Both the position numbers and the translations under genes were made by a program. This document shows positions 1 to 12,979 of a stretch of DNA of 64,000 nt, one piece after another. Location of the stretch: NCBI GenBank assembly GCA_000320545.1, contig ADNK01002325.1:62001-126000 (forward strand), written 5' to 3'. Position 1 is the first letter of the stretch. Every line of letters starts with the position of its first letter. Origin of the DNA: Bigelowiella natans CCMP2755 (taxonomy: Eukaryota; Protista; Cercozoa). The notes under the pieces are model-generated. The model was not told the DNA's origin. It made no database searches and was given only the letters and a program-made list of their open reading frames with translations.

Positions 1-188
1 TTTCTTCGAAGAAATATGCACAAGGGAAGGTACAAGACTATTGCGCGTAGTAATAAGCTAGCCTTGCTTGATTGTTATAGTGAGATGCATATTTGGTGTG
101 TGCATAAGAATGAATGGATACAATATTTGCAACTATTTTCAGGCATGATGAGGATGAGCTCGATGTCAAGATGTATACTATCAACTAG
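1..188 (+). CDS. Probable 3' end of a gene entering from the left edge
   Basis: Exon ...FLRRNMHKGR with GT donor at ~30 joins in phase to acceptor ttttcag at 142, giving HDEDELDVKMYTIN* (TAG 186-188). It is followed by the CTAG-rich sequence seen downstream of other genes. No homology recognised. Confidence 0.35.
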
Positions 189-1560
189 CCCTAAAATGCC
201 TTCGTGGAACATTGCAGAGCTATATGTGTACGGAGCTGTCCGTGTATGTGATGCTGATTTGGCTGATGTGGCTATATCTTAATATAGTCCGTCGTGGCTT
301 GTAGAGCAAGCACTAGTTATTGTTTGTGTGAGAGCCTAGCGCATCGTATGGCATCACTGACGTGTAACGAAAAAATATAATGCACACCACTGTTTTCATG
401 ACTGCATCTGATCATCTGTTGTGTGATATCTATCTGTCGCGATCGATCGCTTCGAGCGCGTACTACACACTACTTATATACTAGATTACGTTGTCGCGCC
501 ACTACATACACAGACATACAAGCGAGCTAGCGAGGCCCAACGTACACAACCTCGTCGACATGGTAGCGCACGTGTTTAGATTTGTAGCTCTGCAATGATA
601 ATCAATGCTAGTCGAGATTCAGGTTGGGTTTTGGCAGCTGTGCTAGCATGACTTGATAAGGCGAGCTAGATTGCCCAGCTGCTAGCATGTCGCACATTTT
701 GCATGTAGGTTGCGAAACACTGAAAACTAGTGCAATGCGCTTGCACCTTGCATCGCGTGCATTTTTTCTTGCGCACTAGCAATGCACACATTGTGCACAC
801 TACAATATCACAATATGATAGTCCACCAAGCATTGTGAACCGCATCAGCATGAAGCAGGCGCAATCGTGCTAGCGTGCCATCCTGGTTCGCAACATGATC
901 TAGATGATGCTCATCAGTCATGTTCAGTAGTTCAATCCACCTGCACTCTAGCACTAGCTAGGCAGTGCTAGAGTGCTAGAGTGCGGAATCGTCACTACTG
1001 GGGTCTAGCTAGCTAGGAGTTATGAAAGCTTGAGGTTTGTCACATATGCCTCTGGCATAGCTTGCCTGAAAATGTCAAGGTCGCTGATGCGATTTACACG
1101 CGCAAGCGGTATAACAGCGTATTTTACCTTAAATTAGGTGGAAGATTTCGAAATGTGTTACGTATTCGCAGCTGATATACCAGAGTGTTAGCGGGACGCT
1201 ACGATTGGTGCCGTATAAATGGCGTGCAGGCTAGGCAAAAAGGAAATATGGATATCCATACACGGTTAAGTTTTGCGTTTGCTACAACAAGCGCTGAGAA
1301 AGATTCAATTGTTGAACATGCGCGGAAGATTATTAAGGCACGTACTGTTTACAATACAGGTAGCGAACAGTATAATTTCCCTCTAAATCTTTGGCCATCT
1401 TATTTTCGTTTTGTTTTCTTGGATCTCCCAATTTATGTGGTTCTCTTTTCCTTTTTACTCTTCTTTTTAGCCGTTTTTTCTCCTTTCTTTTTTGCCCTTC
1501 ATATAATGTGCATCCAATCGTCAGGGCAAGAAGGACCCTTTGCATACTTTTTTGCTGTTT

Positions 1561-3419
1561 CTACTCCCCTCCCTTGCCCTTTACGTTTTTCTTCTTTTTT
1601 CCTGACCGCGCTCTCTTTTTTTTTCCTTTAGCTGAGCTGCTGCTCCTAGTTCCTTGACCTGATGTTAGGTGACAATGTTTTTTAAAAATGTCCACCGCTC
1701 TCAGTGTTAAAAAAATAAATGAAACTAAGATCCGATTGATAATAATGTATGTGAAAGTGAAGATGAAAGATGGTGTCCAAATCATAAAATGCTAGATGCA
1801 TTTCGAATTTCAACACGTCAAGTCAAGAAAATTCAATCGTGTGCTCGTAGGGTCAAATTTTGTGTTCGGAAGACATGATTTTCTGTGCTTTTGTGTACAT
1901 ACAGTATTTGGCCTCCAAAGCAGCAAGAAAACCACGGCCTTCAGCTTCCCTTCGAGCGTGTTTACTTCGTATCATCTCTAGTAGGCCTCCCTCTCCCTAA
2001 AATTTTGTTATCGCATGTAAGGTAGGTCTATTGTCAATCACACAACTCTCAAAATACAAAAGACTAAGAAAGAGCGCATGTGTAGAATGTTGAATGAACA
2101 AGGAGCATTTTGATTCCTGCAATCTACGTATTCAAAGGCAATGAGTTGAGTGAAAATGTAAGAACATTGATACATGAGGAAATTTACCGGTTTGGCTTTC
2201 GAAATCCCAAGTTCTTTCGCTAGTTCCTCTGCCTCCTTGGCTTCAGATAAATCTTCTTCACGAGAAATCGATTTGCTGCAACGAAAAATAAGTATAAAGT
2301 CATATACAAAATACGAGGTGCTACTGTATCATTATCATTTACATTAAAATTGCGAATATTAAATCGGGGGAATTTTGAAACTGGTACTGCGTGGGGATAA
2401 CATAGTATTTACATTAAGGAGGTTAGCTAATATTAGTAATTCTCATATTCATTACCATGAGCTCTTGAACTTCTTGGTGCTTTTCAGATTTTTAGCGGCT
2501 ATTTCTTCTTTGTAGAAGTTGATAAATCGATCTACCTGACTGGGCTCGGCAAGCGGAACGTAATCCATAATTCTGCCATACAAGCAAAGATTCTCAATTA
2601 ATTTTCTCGAGGCAATTGTGATTCACATAGAATAAAAATAGGGTTCTTGGGGTGAGTACAGATGCATGTCCCCTTTGTGGGTTTTGTATGCTTCCCGAAG
2701 ATCGTCTTTCTCCTCATCTGAGCCCTGATACTCTTTCTGAAACCAAAGGAGGATATGTAAGCTAGTCGTGAGAAACAAATAATTACTGTCTTATTTTGTG
2801 TTCGTAACATAGAGAAAAGGAAATCAACCTTAAATTTCTCAATATCAGCCATGGTCACTTTTGCATATCGAGCGCGCCAATATTCGTATGCGCTCTCGAA
2901 GTCTGGTATGGTAGGAACAGCTAAGGATAGCAAGATATATTGGTAGAGTGGGAATTTACCTGAGGATGATTGATCTACTTCGCCAGTTTGGTCATAATAT
3001 TTCCTTTTCTTCGCATCAAAGAGAGTCTCCTTTATAAGAGCCAGTTTTTGGAAGTCCTTGGTTGCTTGCTAAGAAGAAACAACATCCTTAATTCGATAAT
3101 GATCATGTGAGTTTTACTCCACTTATTTTGAATCATACTGGCTCACTCCCACTCTCATATTTTCCTCTTTTAATTACATTTGGTGCTACCTCCTTATTTT
3201 CGTTTCGGTCGGGATGCAGTTTGATCGCCAGTTTGTAATATGCTGTGGTTGAAGCGGGAAAAGGATGTTTAGTATCAAGCCCGAGTTACATCGTGTCTTT
3301 ATGATATACATATATACAAATGTATTTATATTATGGGTACCTTTCCGAATCACACCAAGGGCTGCATCCTTAGGAACACCAAGAATTTCGTAGAAGCTTT
3401 TGCTCTCGAAGGCCTCCAT
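1561..3419 (-). CDS. DNAJC9: DnaJ/Hsp40 co-chaperone, DNAJC9-like (multi-exon)
   Basis: Spliced exons give MEAFESKSFYEILGVPKDA...AYYKLAIKLHPDRN (J domain with HPD), AYEYWRARYAKVTMADIEKF, EAKEAEELAKELG, RGFLAALEAKY and a Lys-rich tail ending at TAG 1561-1563. These are DNAJC9-family hallmarks. Confidence 0.85.
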
Positions 3420-3758
3420 CCTTTCTATCTGCACGCGGGTGAGCGCGGGATGCTGTTTGGCTTTTGAAAGGGCAAAATGTCTTACTACCAAAAACTAAGA
3501 ATCGCCTATAATTATATCTAATATGTACCTCAAATCCTTGTCGTATTTAAAATTAGAAGTGATCCACATTCATTTATTCTGGAAAGAAATTAATCAAGAT
3601 ATATCCTATGAACTCGCACCGATAGAGACGAACGAGTTCTTAATTAACTGAGGAACTCACCAATATTCGACTCGGCAAATAATATTTAGATATTGTGGGT
3701 ATAAATTACGGACACTATGAAATCAACACGTCGGCTCATTGTTGACCACCCACTTTCC

Positions 3759-4283
3759 ATGAGCTCCTCCTCCTCTGCTAGCAAAGATAAATGGCCACGA
3801 GACGAACAACTTGTGCGGTGGTAACATTTGAAACTTATGGTAGGGAATCACCGAACTAAATCCATCTAACATTTGTAATATCACGAAATGCACATAGGAG
3901 CGTCGGCGACGAGGCTCGAATTCGCGACAAGATAGATCTATGGTCGAAGCTGCAGTGTAAAGATGAGATGAAGGCCCTCGCCGCTTGTATGTCTGACAAA
4001 ACAATATCCGTTGCTTGGTCTTGTGGCGAGCAAAGAACCGTTTACACCCAATGCCTGAAATCCTAGTAAGTAATTCCATTCATCTGAACAGTACAGGAGT
4101 TTCATGCAATTTATTTGCCAGTACCTCCGATAAATACTTGGATATGCACAAGCGAGAATCCATCTCGAAACGTTTGTCACAGATGAAACAGGTTCATATT
4201 GCTACTAGTCTTTTGATGTAATTGGAACTATCCTCATCCACCCATCCTATGTGCAGGCGAAGGAGCTTAGAAAAACGATTTGA
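3759..4283 (+). CDS. CMC1: Twin CX9C mitochondrial intermembrane-space protein, Cmc1 family (4 exons; absent from the ORF track)
   Basis: Spliced product MSSSSSASKDKWPRDEQLVRWSVGDEARIRDKIDLWSKLQ-CKDEMKALAAC-MSDKTISVAWS-CGEQRTVYTQC-LKSYTSDKYLDMHKRESISKRLSQMKQAKELRKTI* has two exact CX9C motifs. An alternative in-frame ATG lies at 3717. Confidence 0.8.
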
Positions 4284-5042
4284 TAAAGCATCAAGATCGT
4301 AGGCTTATCCACCACAGCGGTGAATATTAGTTACGTAGCTCGGTCAGTCAGTAACCAGATGACACATCATAGACGGCTTTGATATGTTAGGTATTGCACA
4401 CTGCGCTGCTACATGCACATACCTGTGCATTATATTGTACAAATTTTAATATAAATCATTAGCTGCATATGTTATGTAGCCAGAATACGACAGACTCAGC
4501 ATGTGCTCATGTGCTAAGGGTGTTTGTAAGCTGCAGTGCAATGGTGATAAGGCTTCTGGCATATATACCCATGCTGGAGGCAACGAGACAATAAATAATA
4601 ACGTTATAATAACAAAAAAGCTGTAGGATGACGACCATTAAAAAGTTTTAATCACTTCATTGCATCCGTATCATAATAACATAAAAGCAATGCGATCGAT
4701 AGCTATACGATACGCCAACGGCTACGCATGCGCACATATTACAATATGCCAATATGTGCCATACTCTACTGTCTACACATTGTCTAGTTGTGTTGCGAGC
4801 GTGCGTTTCAGTGCGAAGCATGCAATGTATTTTTCCTTTGCATGTTCAGTAAATATTGTTGAAATTTTGGCACCTCATAAACAAGTCCCTGTCAAAGAGA
4901 ATTCACAATAAGTTTGAGTTTGAATGCAATGGAAGCGCTGTAAGTTGTCTTCTGGAGCCATCATCGGCTAATCCTATCTTAATTAACCGGTGATGCTGTA
5001 AGGAATAAGCTAAGTCCAAGTCGTGTCTACAGATAAATGTAC

Positions 5043-5277
5043 TTATCCTTCTGTTTTCTTCTCTGCACTGGTCTTGCCATATTTCGTCAAAAGCATATGT
5101 CTCATTAGGTGAGCACCGCGTGTAAATTCGTCGAATGAAAGACGTGAATTAGCATCTTTATCTAGATCGACCATCAATTTTGCTACATCCTCCAGCGAGG
5201 CTGGAAGATCAACTTTTTCCAATAAATTCTGATGTTTAAGCACACACACACAGAGAGAAAGAGAGAAAGAGAGAAAG

Positions 5278-5320
<43 letters not shown>

Positions 5321-5415
5321 GAGCACTCATTCATACTCTATGCATATTTACATGATATATTCGTTGTATGTGTTGCGTGTTTTATTGATGAATTTTATCC
5401 ATAAAATCAAATGTA

Positions 5416-5463
<48 letters not shown>

Positions 5464-6503
5464 GTAGGAACCTGAAGCTCTTGCGCACTTATATTTCCAT
5501 TTCCATCTGCATCGATGACTGCAAAAGACCTTCGCATTTCATCCAATTCATGCTCTGTGAACTGCTCTTCCAATTCGATGTATGGAAGATTACGAGCAGC
5601 AAATCTTTCCCGTTCGATATCTTCTATTCTCGATATTAGCATATCATCAGATTCTTTGAGCCGTAAGATGGGAATGGGCTTAAATTTTGCCTCTAACGAT
5701 GACTCTCTTGAGTCGGAATTATTGTTGGAATTATTTTTCGAGAGATACTCTTTGGCGTCGCAATAGATGCCGCATTTTGGCATATCGTTGACCCATTCTC
5801 CATCATATATCTTCTCCTTGGATTTGTAGTAGTATATTCCACTCCCCTCCCTATTGCCGTTTAGCCAGTAGCCTCGGTACACGTCGCCATTAGCCTTTAC
5901 CAATCTGCCGAATCCACAGTTTTTGTCTTGACGCCACATTCCATTGTATTGATCCCCATTCTCAGAGAACAACGTTCCCTTTCCCTCCCTCACTCCGTTG
6001 TTCCACTCTCCCTCATATCGATCACCATTCTTATAGAAGAAAACCCCTAAGCCATGCTTCAGTCCCTTGCTCCAATTCCCTGTATATTGTTTCCGAAGCT
6101 TTTTCCCCGACTTGACCCAGAATGTTCCCCGACCATGACGAAAACCTTCAATCCATTGACCTTCGTACTTATTGCCTTTCGCCCACACTTGCGTCCCAAA
6201 TCTGAGAAGAATAAGTATGTTGCATTACGTTGACCATCGTACACTACACACAAAAATAATTATATAAATATATATGGAAGAAGGAAGCTAGTGAAGTGTA
6301 CTTACTAGCAAAAACAAAAAGATCAAAGGCTAAATAAGAGTAGGAAACTACCCATGTTTTTTGTTGTCTTGCCACTCTCCCTTATACACTGGACCGGCAG
6401 CATAAGGTTTGGACTTTTTCTGAATCCCTGAAAAGCTCGGTTCCACTGGTTTGGCTGGCTTTGTCCAATAGATCGATGCACGTGTCCTGAGTGCGATACG
6501 CAT
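5043..6503 (-). CDS. MORN-repeat protein (MORN3-like) with C-terminal EF-hand pair
   Basis: About 7 MORN repeats (YKGEWQDNKKHG, YEGQWIEGFRHGRG, YTGNWSKGLKHGLG, YEGEWNNGVREGKG..., YDGEWVNDMPKCG), then EF loops DADGNGNISAQE and DKDANSRLSFDE. The start is uncertain: an extra 5' exon from an ATG near 6585 is possible. Confidence 0.85.
5242..5461. repeat. Intronic compound microsatellite (CA)n/(GA)n/(TA)n, representative of dozens of SSRs in the window
   Basis: Read directly. Similar tracts at 8140-8180 (AGT), 9442-9511 (TA), 12910-12976, 40671-40733 (GGA), 46177-46226 (CT) and 60439-60500 (GA). Confidence 0.95.
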
Positions 6504-6654
6504 CGAGAAGGGTTGGGTGAATATAGCTCAACTACGTCGTTTTGACAAACTTTTCATTCAAATTGTAGGTGATAAAATCCAACATATGCGTTCAGATTCA
6601 CTTTTTCATCGAACAAGAGCTCTCCTAGATAGAAATCACACACCCTGTTTTGAA

Positions 6655-6851
6655 GGACTTGGTGTCATTCAACTTCCACCGTTGTGTTGATTTCAACATC
6701 GCTGGGTCCAGAGTGTCTTCCATTTGAGGAGGGGGCACGTCTGTCATTAGCTTACTCACTCCCGTACGAGAGGACGGGAAGGGAGGTCTTCGTTTCACTC
6801 CGGCCGTTACCAGCCGAGTTAAAACTGATGGCTTTATGCCGTATATTTTTT
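6655..6851 (+). ncRNA. Candidate structured RNA of unknown family
   Basis: GC-richer island with several helices, many needing G-U pairs on +: 6655-6664/6700-6709, 6685-6698, 6713-6721/6728-6738, and 6743-6750/6825-6832 enclosing hairpins 6760-6779 (GAGA loop) and 6797-6819. It ends in T6 at 6846-6851. Confidence 0.35.
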
Positions 6852-7194
6852 CAGTTATGGCATGAATTTGTTAGTCGTTCAAATAAAATAGTCTGTGAAT
6901 CTTGATACATATGAAAGTTGCTCGATACGACAATTTACATGAAGGAATTACCAAAGAAAAATAACAGTTTGAGGCAGTTATTGGAGGTCAAGAGTAATTA
7001 TCATTTAAACTAATTTAAATGTAAGGATTTTCAGAAATAGCAACGGTATTTTTTCATCTATTTGCGCCATCTGCAAGAGAGCAGAAACAACATCGAAACT
7101 TGAAGTATTGACATCGGCTTACATCCTGAATATTATTTCCTAAAACTGTGAACCACTTACAACAATAAAAACAATATTACTGTCAGAACAGGAT

Positions 7195-8138
7195 ATGATG
7201 ACAGTGATGTCGGAGATTCGCCTCCATCGCATTCCTTCCGTGCTCACCCTCGTGGTCCTTTTTATCGCCCCTCGAATCCGCGGAAATGCGTGCGAATGGA
7301 CAGCGCCCACAGGAGATAAGTTTGACTTGTCAGGGCTTTCTCATAAGGATTATTGGATGGTTAGCCACCACAATTATGAATAAATTGTGTGCACATCTGC
7401 CTGCAAGAAGAAGAGCCTTATATTACGTGTGTGCAAAGAGTTTGTGCTTTCATTTGTTCCTTATATAATATTTCATTACGATTTACGTAGATTCAAGATT
7501 CGCAGAAGAACTTTCGATATTACCTTAATATCTGCAAGAATGCCAAGCTGCCAAAGGAGTGTGTTGACGGCCATGTCAAACCATCGCCTGCTCTACAAGT
7601 AGATCAACTCTATCATTCTGTGTTTCTTAGATGTGAGAATAGCGCGAACCGTAATAAATATACTTGGACAATCACTGTCACTGTGACCTGGATTTATAGA
7701 TGTGTGCTGTTTTTGCCTAGGTGGAGGCAAAGAGTTGGAAACATTTGTGTAAAGATCTTGCGTCGCTGGACGTGCAAACTTTCAACCTCCTTGACCCTAA
7801 GGACGCTCAGAAAGGCTTTGAGATGACCTACGGAGGCGGTGATAAGGTGAATATAACAACGGAGAACACTCATGATGTTATCAATCGAATATATTTGGAA
7901 GAATCGCTTTTGACCTATTGATTTATTTAACCGTGGTAATTGTGTAATTGTGTGTTTGTATGTGCGCTTCACAAGTGCGGAACCAATCCACGTGAGATTC
8001 GGTTTCACTTCATATGCTCCCCCCACTTTGACGAAGGGCCTCTTCAGATCTTTGAAACCACGAAGTAAGTCAACCTACTCAAAAGAACATAGGTTCAGCA
8101 GCTGCTGCTGCTGCGCTGGCGGTGGTGTATTACCAATC

Positions 8139-8181
<43 letters not shown>

Positions 8182-8336
8182 ATAGTTTTCATTGTCCTCC
8201 TCGTAGTAATGGTAGCTAGTGACGAAGAGTTCTAGTCTATAGTTGTCAATCTAGATACGTGCAGGAACGCTGTCTTTAGCAGCAATCTATGCTCACCATA
8301 TCCTCCTCCACCTCGTTATATGTATATATATATATA

Positions 8337-8377
<41 letters not shown>

Positions 8378-8929
8378 CCATTCTCATTCTTCCAAAACAA
8401 AGGTCATGCCACTATAACGTAACCTGGGCCACCAAGCATGGCTGTCCCGTTGGTAGTAAAGAACTTGATGATGATGATGAGTGCTGCACAGTATTTTGCG
8501 GAGAATCAATCTCTGAGTATGGGTTGCAGCTTCGTTTCAACAGCTCAATTGGAGTGTATATCATTCAGGAAAATCGTGGTTTTTCGGATCGAGTAGCAGC
8601 AGCAGTAGCAGCTCCTCTTCGTCATCGAGTGGAGGCTGGATATCCTCCTTTTTCCGATTTTTCTTTGTAAGTCGTTTTCTAGTCGCACATAGATGCAACG
8701 AGTAGAGTCATTCTATACATGCTGCTGATAATAACAAATAAAATAATGACTAGATTGCTCCTCCTCTGACTCAAAGCTTCTTCATTATTTGCATGTTTTC
8801 AGTTTGGACTTTTCGCATATATAATAGCCGGTTGTGCTTTCCTAAAGTACAAAAACCCCGATGTTCCCGTTGGACTTGGAACGGTCAAACAGCGCCATTA
8901 ACAACTGTCAACTACGCAAGATGATGATG

Positions 8930-8961
<32 letters not shown>

Positions 8962-9438
8962 GATGATGATGGTGATTAAGTTCTGACCCGTTCCGATGTG
9001 TAAATATACTGATAAATAAATCACACCCCTCCTCCTCCTCCTCCTCCTCCTCCTCCTCCTCACACATCCTTCTTACGTGGTTAGTGCCCTAATGTGGAGT
9101 TCTGGGTGAGCGCCTTGGAGACGGGAATGAGGTGTTTGTTTCGAACAATATTCATGCATCGTTGTTATCTTATCGCGATCATCACCATCAATGCTGAAAA
9201 GCTACAATAGCTCATAGTTGTTGTGAAGGTGTTGCGGGAGTATTGCAGCTAGTTTAAAACGATTGTGTTTTCCCAATCCATCGCTTTAAATAAATGCCGT
9301 CATCACTTCATTCGATTGCTATGTCCAATCAGTCTTTGCTCGATGGGAATGCGGAAAATAAGGGAGAAGGCTAGCGGATCAGCGCCACCTGACCCTGGTA
9401 GTAAACGACTTTGAACAAGCATGACTCTGCTAATAATA

Positions 9439-9514
<76 letters not shown>

Positions 9515-9633
9515 ATATCCTTCTTTCTTCTCACTGTCGTTGCGTGATTGAAAACACAGAATTTGAAGATAAATATCCGATGGGCAAGGATACGGCAGAT
9601 GAGGATGATTTTGAAGATGATGATGATTTGTAG
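7195..9633 (+). CDS. ATG27 / cation-dependent mannose-6-phosphate receptor-like type I membrane protein (about 10 exons)
   Basis: Signal peptide; MRH-like lumenal domain (GDKFDLSGL, YYLNICKN, GFEMTYGGGDKCG..REIRFHFICS, CHYNVTWATKHGCP); Ser linker; TM (FGLFAYIIAGCAFL); CPNVEFW motif; acidic tail EDDFEDDDDL*. Confidence 0.8.
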
Positions 9634-9719
9634 AAGTAGTAGTAGTAGTAGTGGTAGTAGTGGTAGTAGTAGTAGTAATAGCACGTAGAAGTTGACGTTG
9701 CTATTTTTTTGGAGTGAAG

Positions 9720-10360
9720 CATCTAAGCATGCGAAAACTGCAGCACCGAACTTTATTAGGAGTGTCTAGACCATCTAGCCATATTGATGATCAGAAATGC
9801 ACAGCAGAGCATTTGTACATACATGCATCGGCCCATATCACCACCAGCCCATCTAGCCATACTAGCATATCTAGATATATCCAAACGTGTGCCCAATCTA
9901 GAAATGCGATAAATGCGATGAATGCGAAGAGCTAGCTAGCTAGCTAGCTTTCTTGAAGCCATCCTAATGTCTAGCTAGCTAGATGTAGAGCTGCTCCACA
10001 TAATTCTAGAACTAGATAACTGTTTTTCTCTCGTATCGTACACCTTAGCGCCTGATTGCTAGCATGCTAGCATGTAACCTTACCGGCGCCGACCTTTTAC
10101 TAGCTATAGCTAGGACCGCCTACCTAGCTACACTACCAAACTAGTACATGTACTTCTAACCTTGCTAGCTTGTCTAGCTAGCTAGCTAGTTCTAGAGTTG
10201 TACTAGATGTCTGGTGTGTCTGTCTGTGTATGTCTAGATAGCGCGATGACATCTAGACATATATGATATTTCTGTGTCTATTATAGACATGCAGAATCTA
10301 TCTATCCCAAAGTGCCAGCATGCTAGCGCGCGCATGGCTCGTCTGAACACATCTAGACAT
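9720..10360. repeat. CTAG/CATG palindrome-rich low-complexity block in a convergent intergenic gap
   Basis: (GCTA)n runs at 9930-9948 and 10173-10188, CATGCTAGCATG at 10063-10074, CATCTAGACAT at 10250 and 10350. Confidence 0.8.
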
Positions 10361-10752
10361 CTTCTGCTATCGATTTGAGGACAGATGGAGCCCAGGTTGA
10401 TTCATTTATGCAACATGCTGATCGTGCCTTGCTGGCTTGCACGCAGGGTTCCACGGCAGCACTGGAGCATATCAAAATTTCAACATGCAAGAACTTCGCA
10501 ATGTTCAGAATTCGAAATAAATAGAAAACAACGACGAGACTTCTAGACTTGTTTGTCTGATTATATATGCTGTAAAGAACTATGTGCGTCAAACTCGTTG
10601 AGCTAATTGACCCAACACTACAAAAACGAAGGACTGTGGTAAAACATAATCTACTACTTGAGTTAGTTTAGTTGAAAGAGCGTGATCGTCGATTTCAAGT
10701 AGTAAATCTTAACTTTCTTAAACTGTGTTTTGTATTTTCACCATCGTCTTTA

Positions 10753-11206
10753 TCATTTTTTAATTGAGGGAATTAAAGACATAGTATCATCATCATATTC
10801 GTCGTCCTTGTTATCATCATTCTGATAACACCTTAGCACGTTCTTGTATCAATAACCCACCCCTCATTTATACAACACAGCTACGGTTCTTGACGACGGT
10901 TGGGGGGTGCTAAATTCATTCTCAATTCCAAATTTCTTGGACAAATTACTACTACTTCTACTATTATTATTACTACTACTACTGGCACAACTTTGGAAAT
11001 TGCTGCTATTGTTAGTGTTGCTATTACGATTTGCGTTGGCGCTACCACCACTACCAGCAGCAGCAGCAGCTGCTGCTGCTTTCTTCTGTTTTTGAGAAAT
11101 TCTTGCCTGAGCACGTCGCTGAGCTGCTCTAATGTTTTCTGGTAGATTATCGTCCATTCCGGCCATCCGACGGAACATCTGAGCAAGTAGTAGTATCAGC
11201 AGCAGC

Positions 11207-11237
<31 letters not shown>

Positions 11238-11421
11238 AGAAGAATTGGTGAGGTGAAAGTGAGAGATATCTCTTGATTATAAGAACAGCGCCATTTATTG
11301 TTCTACATTTACTACTTACTGCCGCTGTTGCTTCTGCTGCTGCTGCTACTCAGTGTATTATGATTATTGTTGTTGTTTTCAAGATGGATTGACGTTACCC
11401 TCCTCTTGTTGTTCGTAGCAT

Positions 11422-11457
<36 letters not shown>

Positions 11458-11828
11458 CATTGGATGTTGATGATGGTCAGCAATGTCCACATGCGTGTTT
11501 GAAATTACCTTGAAAGGCACACGTTTTTGCCTCCTTTTTCGTGCCGTCGTTGTTGCCATCATCATTTTCCTAGAAGAAGAAGAAGAAGAAGAAGAAAATG
11601 CAGCGGTAGCGGTTTTACCATCTAGCTGCTGCTGCTGCTGCTGATGATGATGATGATGAAGATTTGAGGAGACTACTGCTCCCTTGCTGATACTGCTGCA
11701 GCTGTTGCTGATCCTTCTACTTCTTTCTCTTCCCACCAGCAGCTTCAAACGTGGAATCAATGACGGCTTGTGTTTTTTCTTCGTCTTTCTCTTCTGGCTG
11801 TTGTTTGATGTGCCTATTGCACTACTAG

Positions 11829-11864
<36 letters not shown>

Positions 11865-12907
11865 CAGCTTCATCTTTCTGCTGCTCTCCCTGTTGGTGTT
11901 GCGTAGATATTGCCACTACTACTGTAACATTGCTGTTATTATGCTTAGTATTGGTAGAAGCAGTGGTAGTATTATTTCCGCGAGGCAGCTGTTCATTATC
12001 GGTACTACTACTACTACTACTACTACTACTACCACTACTACTGGTAACAACAAGCCTATCATCTGGCGTTGAATTATGTGCAATAATGTCCTCGAAATGT
12101 AATTTGCAGATGACCTTTGACGCCACCGTGCTGCTGCTGCTGGTGGTGGTGGTTCCATTTGACGATATCATGCTAGCATCATCGTTAGTGTTGCATGGAC
12201 TCCGCACATAACCCTCTTTTGCTGGTGAAGAGAAGGATGTTGTGACAGTAGTACTACTAGTAGTAGGTTTGTGCTGCTGATGCTTCTTTCTGTTGTTACT
12301 ACTACTAATAGTAGTAGAACACACATCGTCCTTAAGATCGTCATCAACTCGATCGCTACTATCATCATCATTCCGCTGCTCATTCAGCATTTGTCTCAGT
12401 ATCATTTTCTCATTTTTACACGTCTCCTTCTTCTTTCTCAATTTGCTATTCGTTGTCCTTTTTCCTTCCTTTTCCCCACCATCTCCTACAGCCTCATCTG
12501 GTAGTAGCTGCGGCTGCTGTTTCGAGAGAACGATACCTTCAGTAGCTTGAGGGAGTGAGCTCTCCCCCCCGCTCAATCGAGCACTTTTTGATAGCGACGT
12601 TCCTGCATCAGGTCTAGCGAGGTTGGGGGGGAGAGAACAAATTCATTTTTTTATCGGCTAAGGGTCCAAGAGAGAAATATTGACATCAAAGTCAGCAGTA
12701 GTATCATCGGAAGAAGGCTTCAAATAGACCATATACTACTACCACTACTAATACTACTTCTACTACTACCGATGCTGTACAGCGAAAGCATTGTTGCGAT
12801 GATGATTCTGGTGAGAGGTGGAGGAGGGGGGGGAGGAGAACCTACGATAATATTCACCACCATTATTAAGTTTTTGCTTCGGATGTATGGCTACTGTTAC
12901 TACTACT

Positions 12908-12979
<72 letters not shown>

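Noticed and set aside
1185-1657. Plus-strand Phe/Leu-rich ORFs
   Set aside because: They are antisense to the Lys-rich last exon and 3'UTR of the DNAJC9-like gene.
6760-6779. GTACGAGAGGAC resembles the LSU rRNA sarcin-ricin loop
   Set aside because: It lacks the AGUA bulged-G context and the flanks do not resemble LSU rRNA. Kept only as one hairpin of the ncRNA candidate.
6790-6835. Hammerhead-ribozyme-like elements (stem followed by GAAAC on -, CTGATG on +)
   Set aside because: CUGAnGA and GAAA do not occur on the same strand in the required order.
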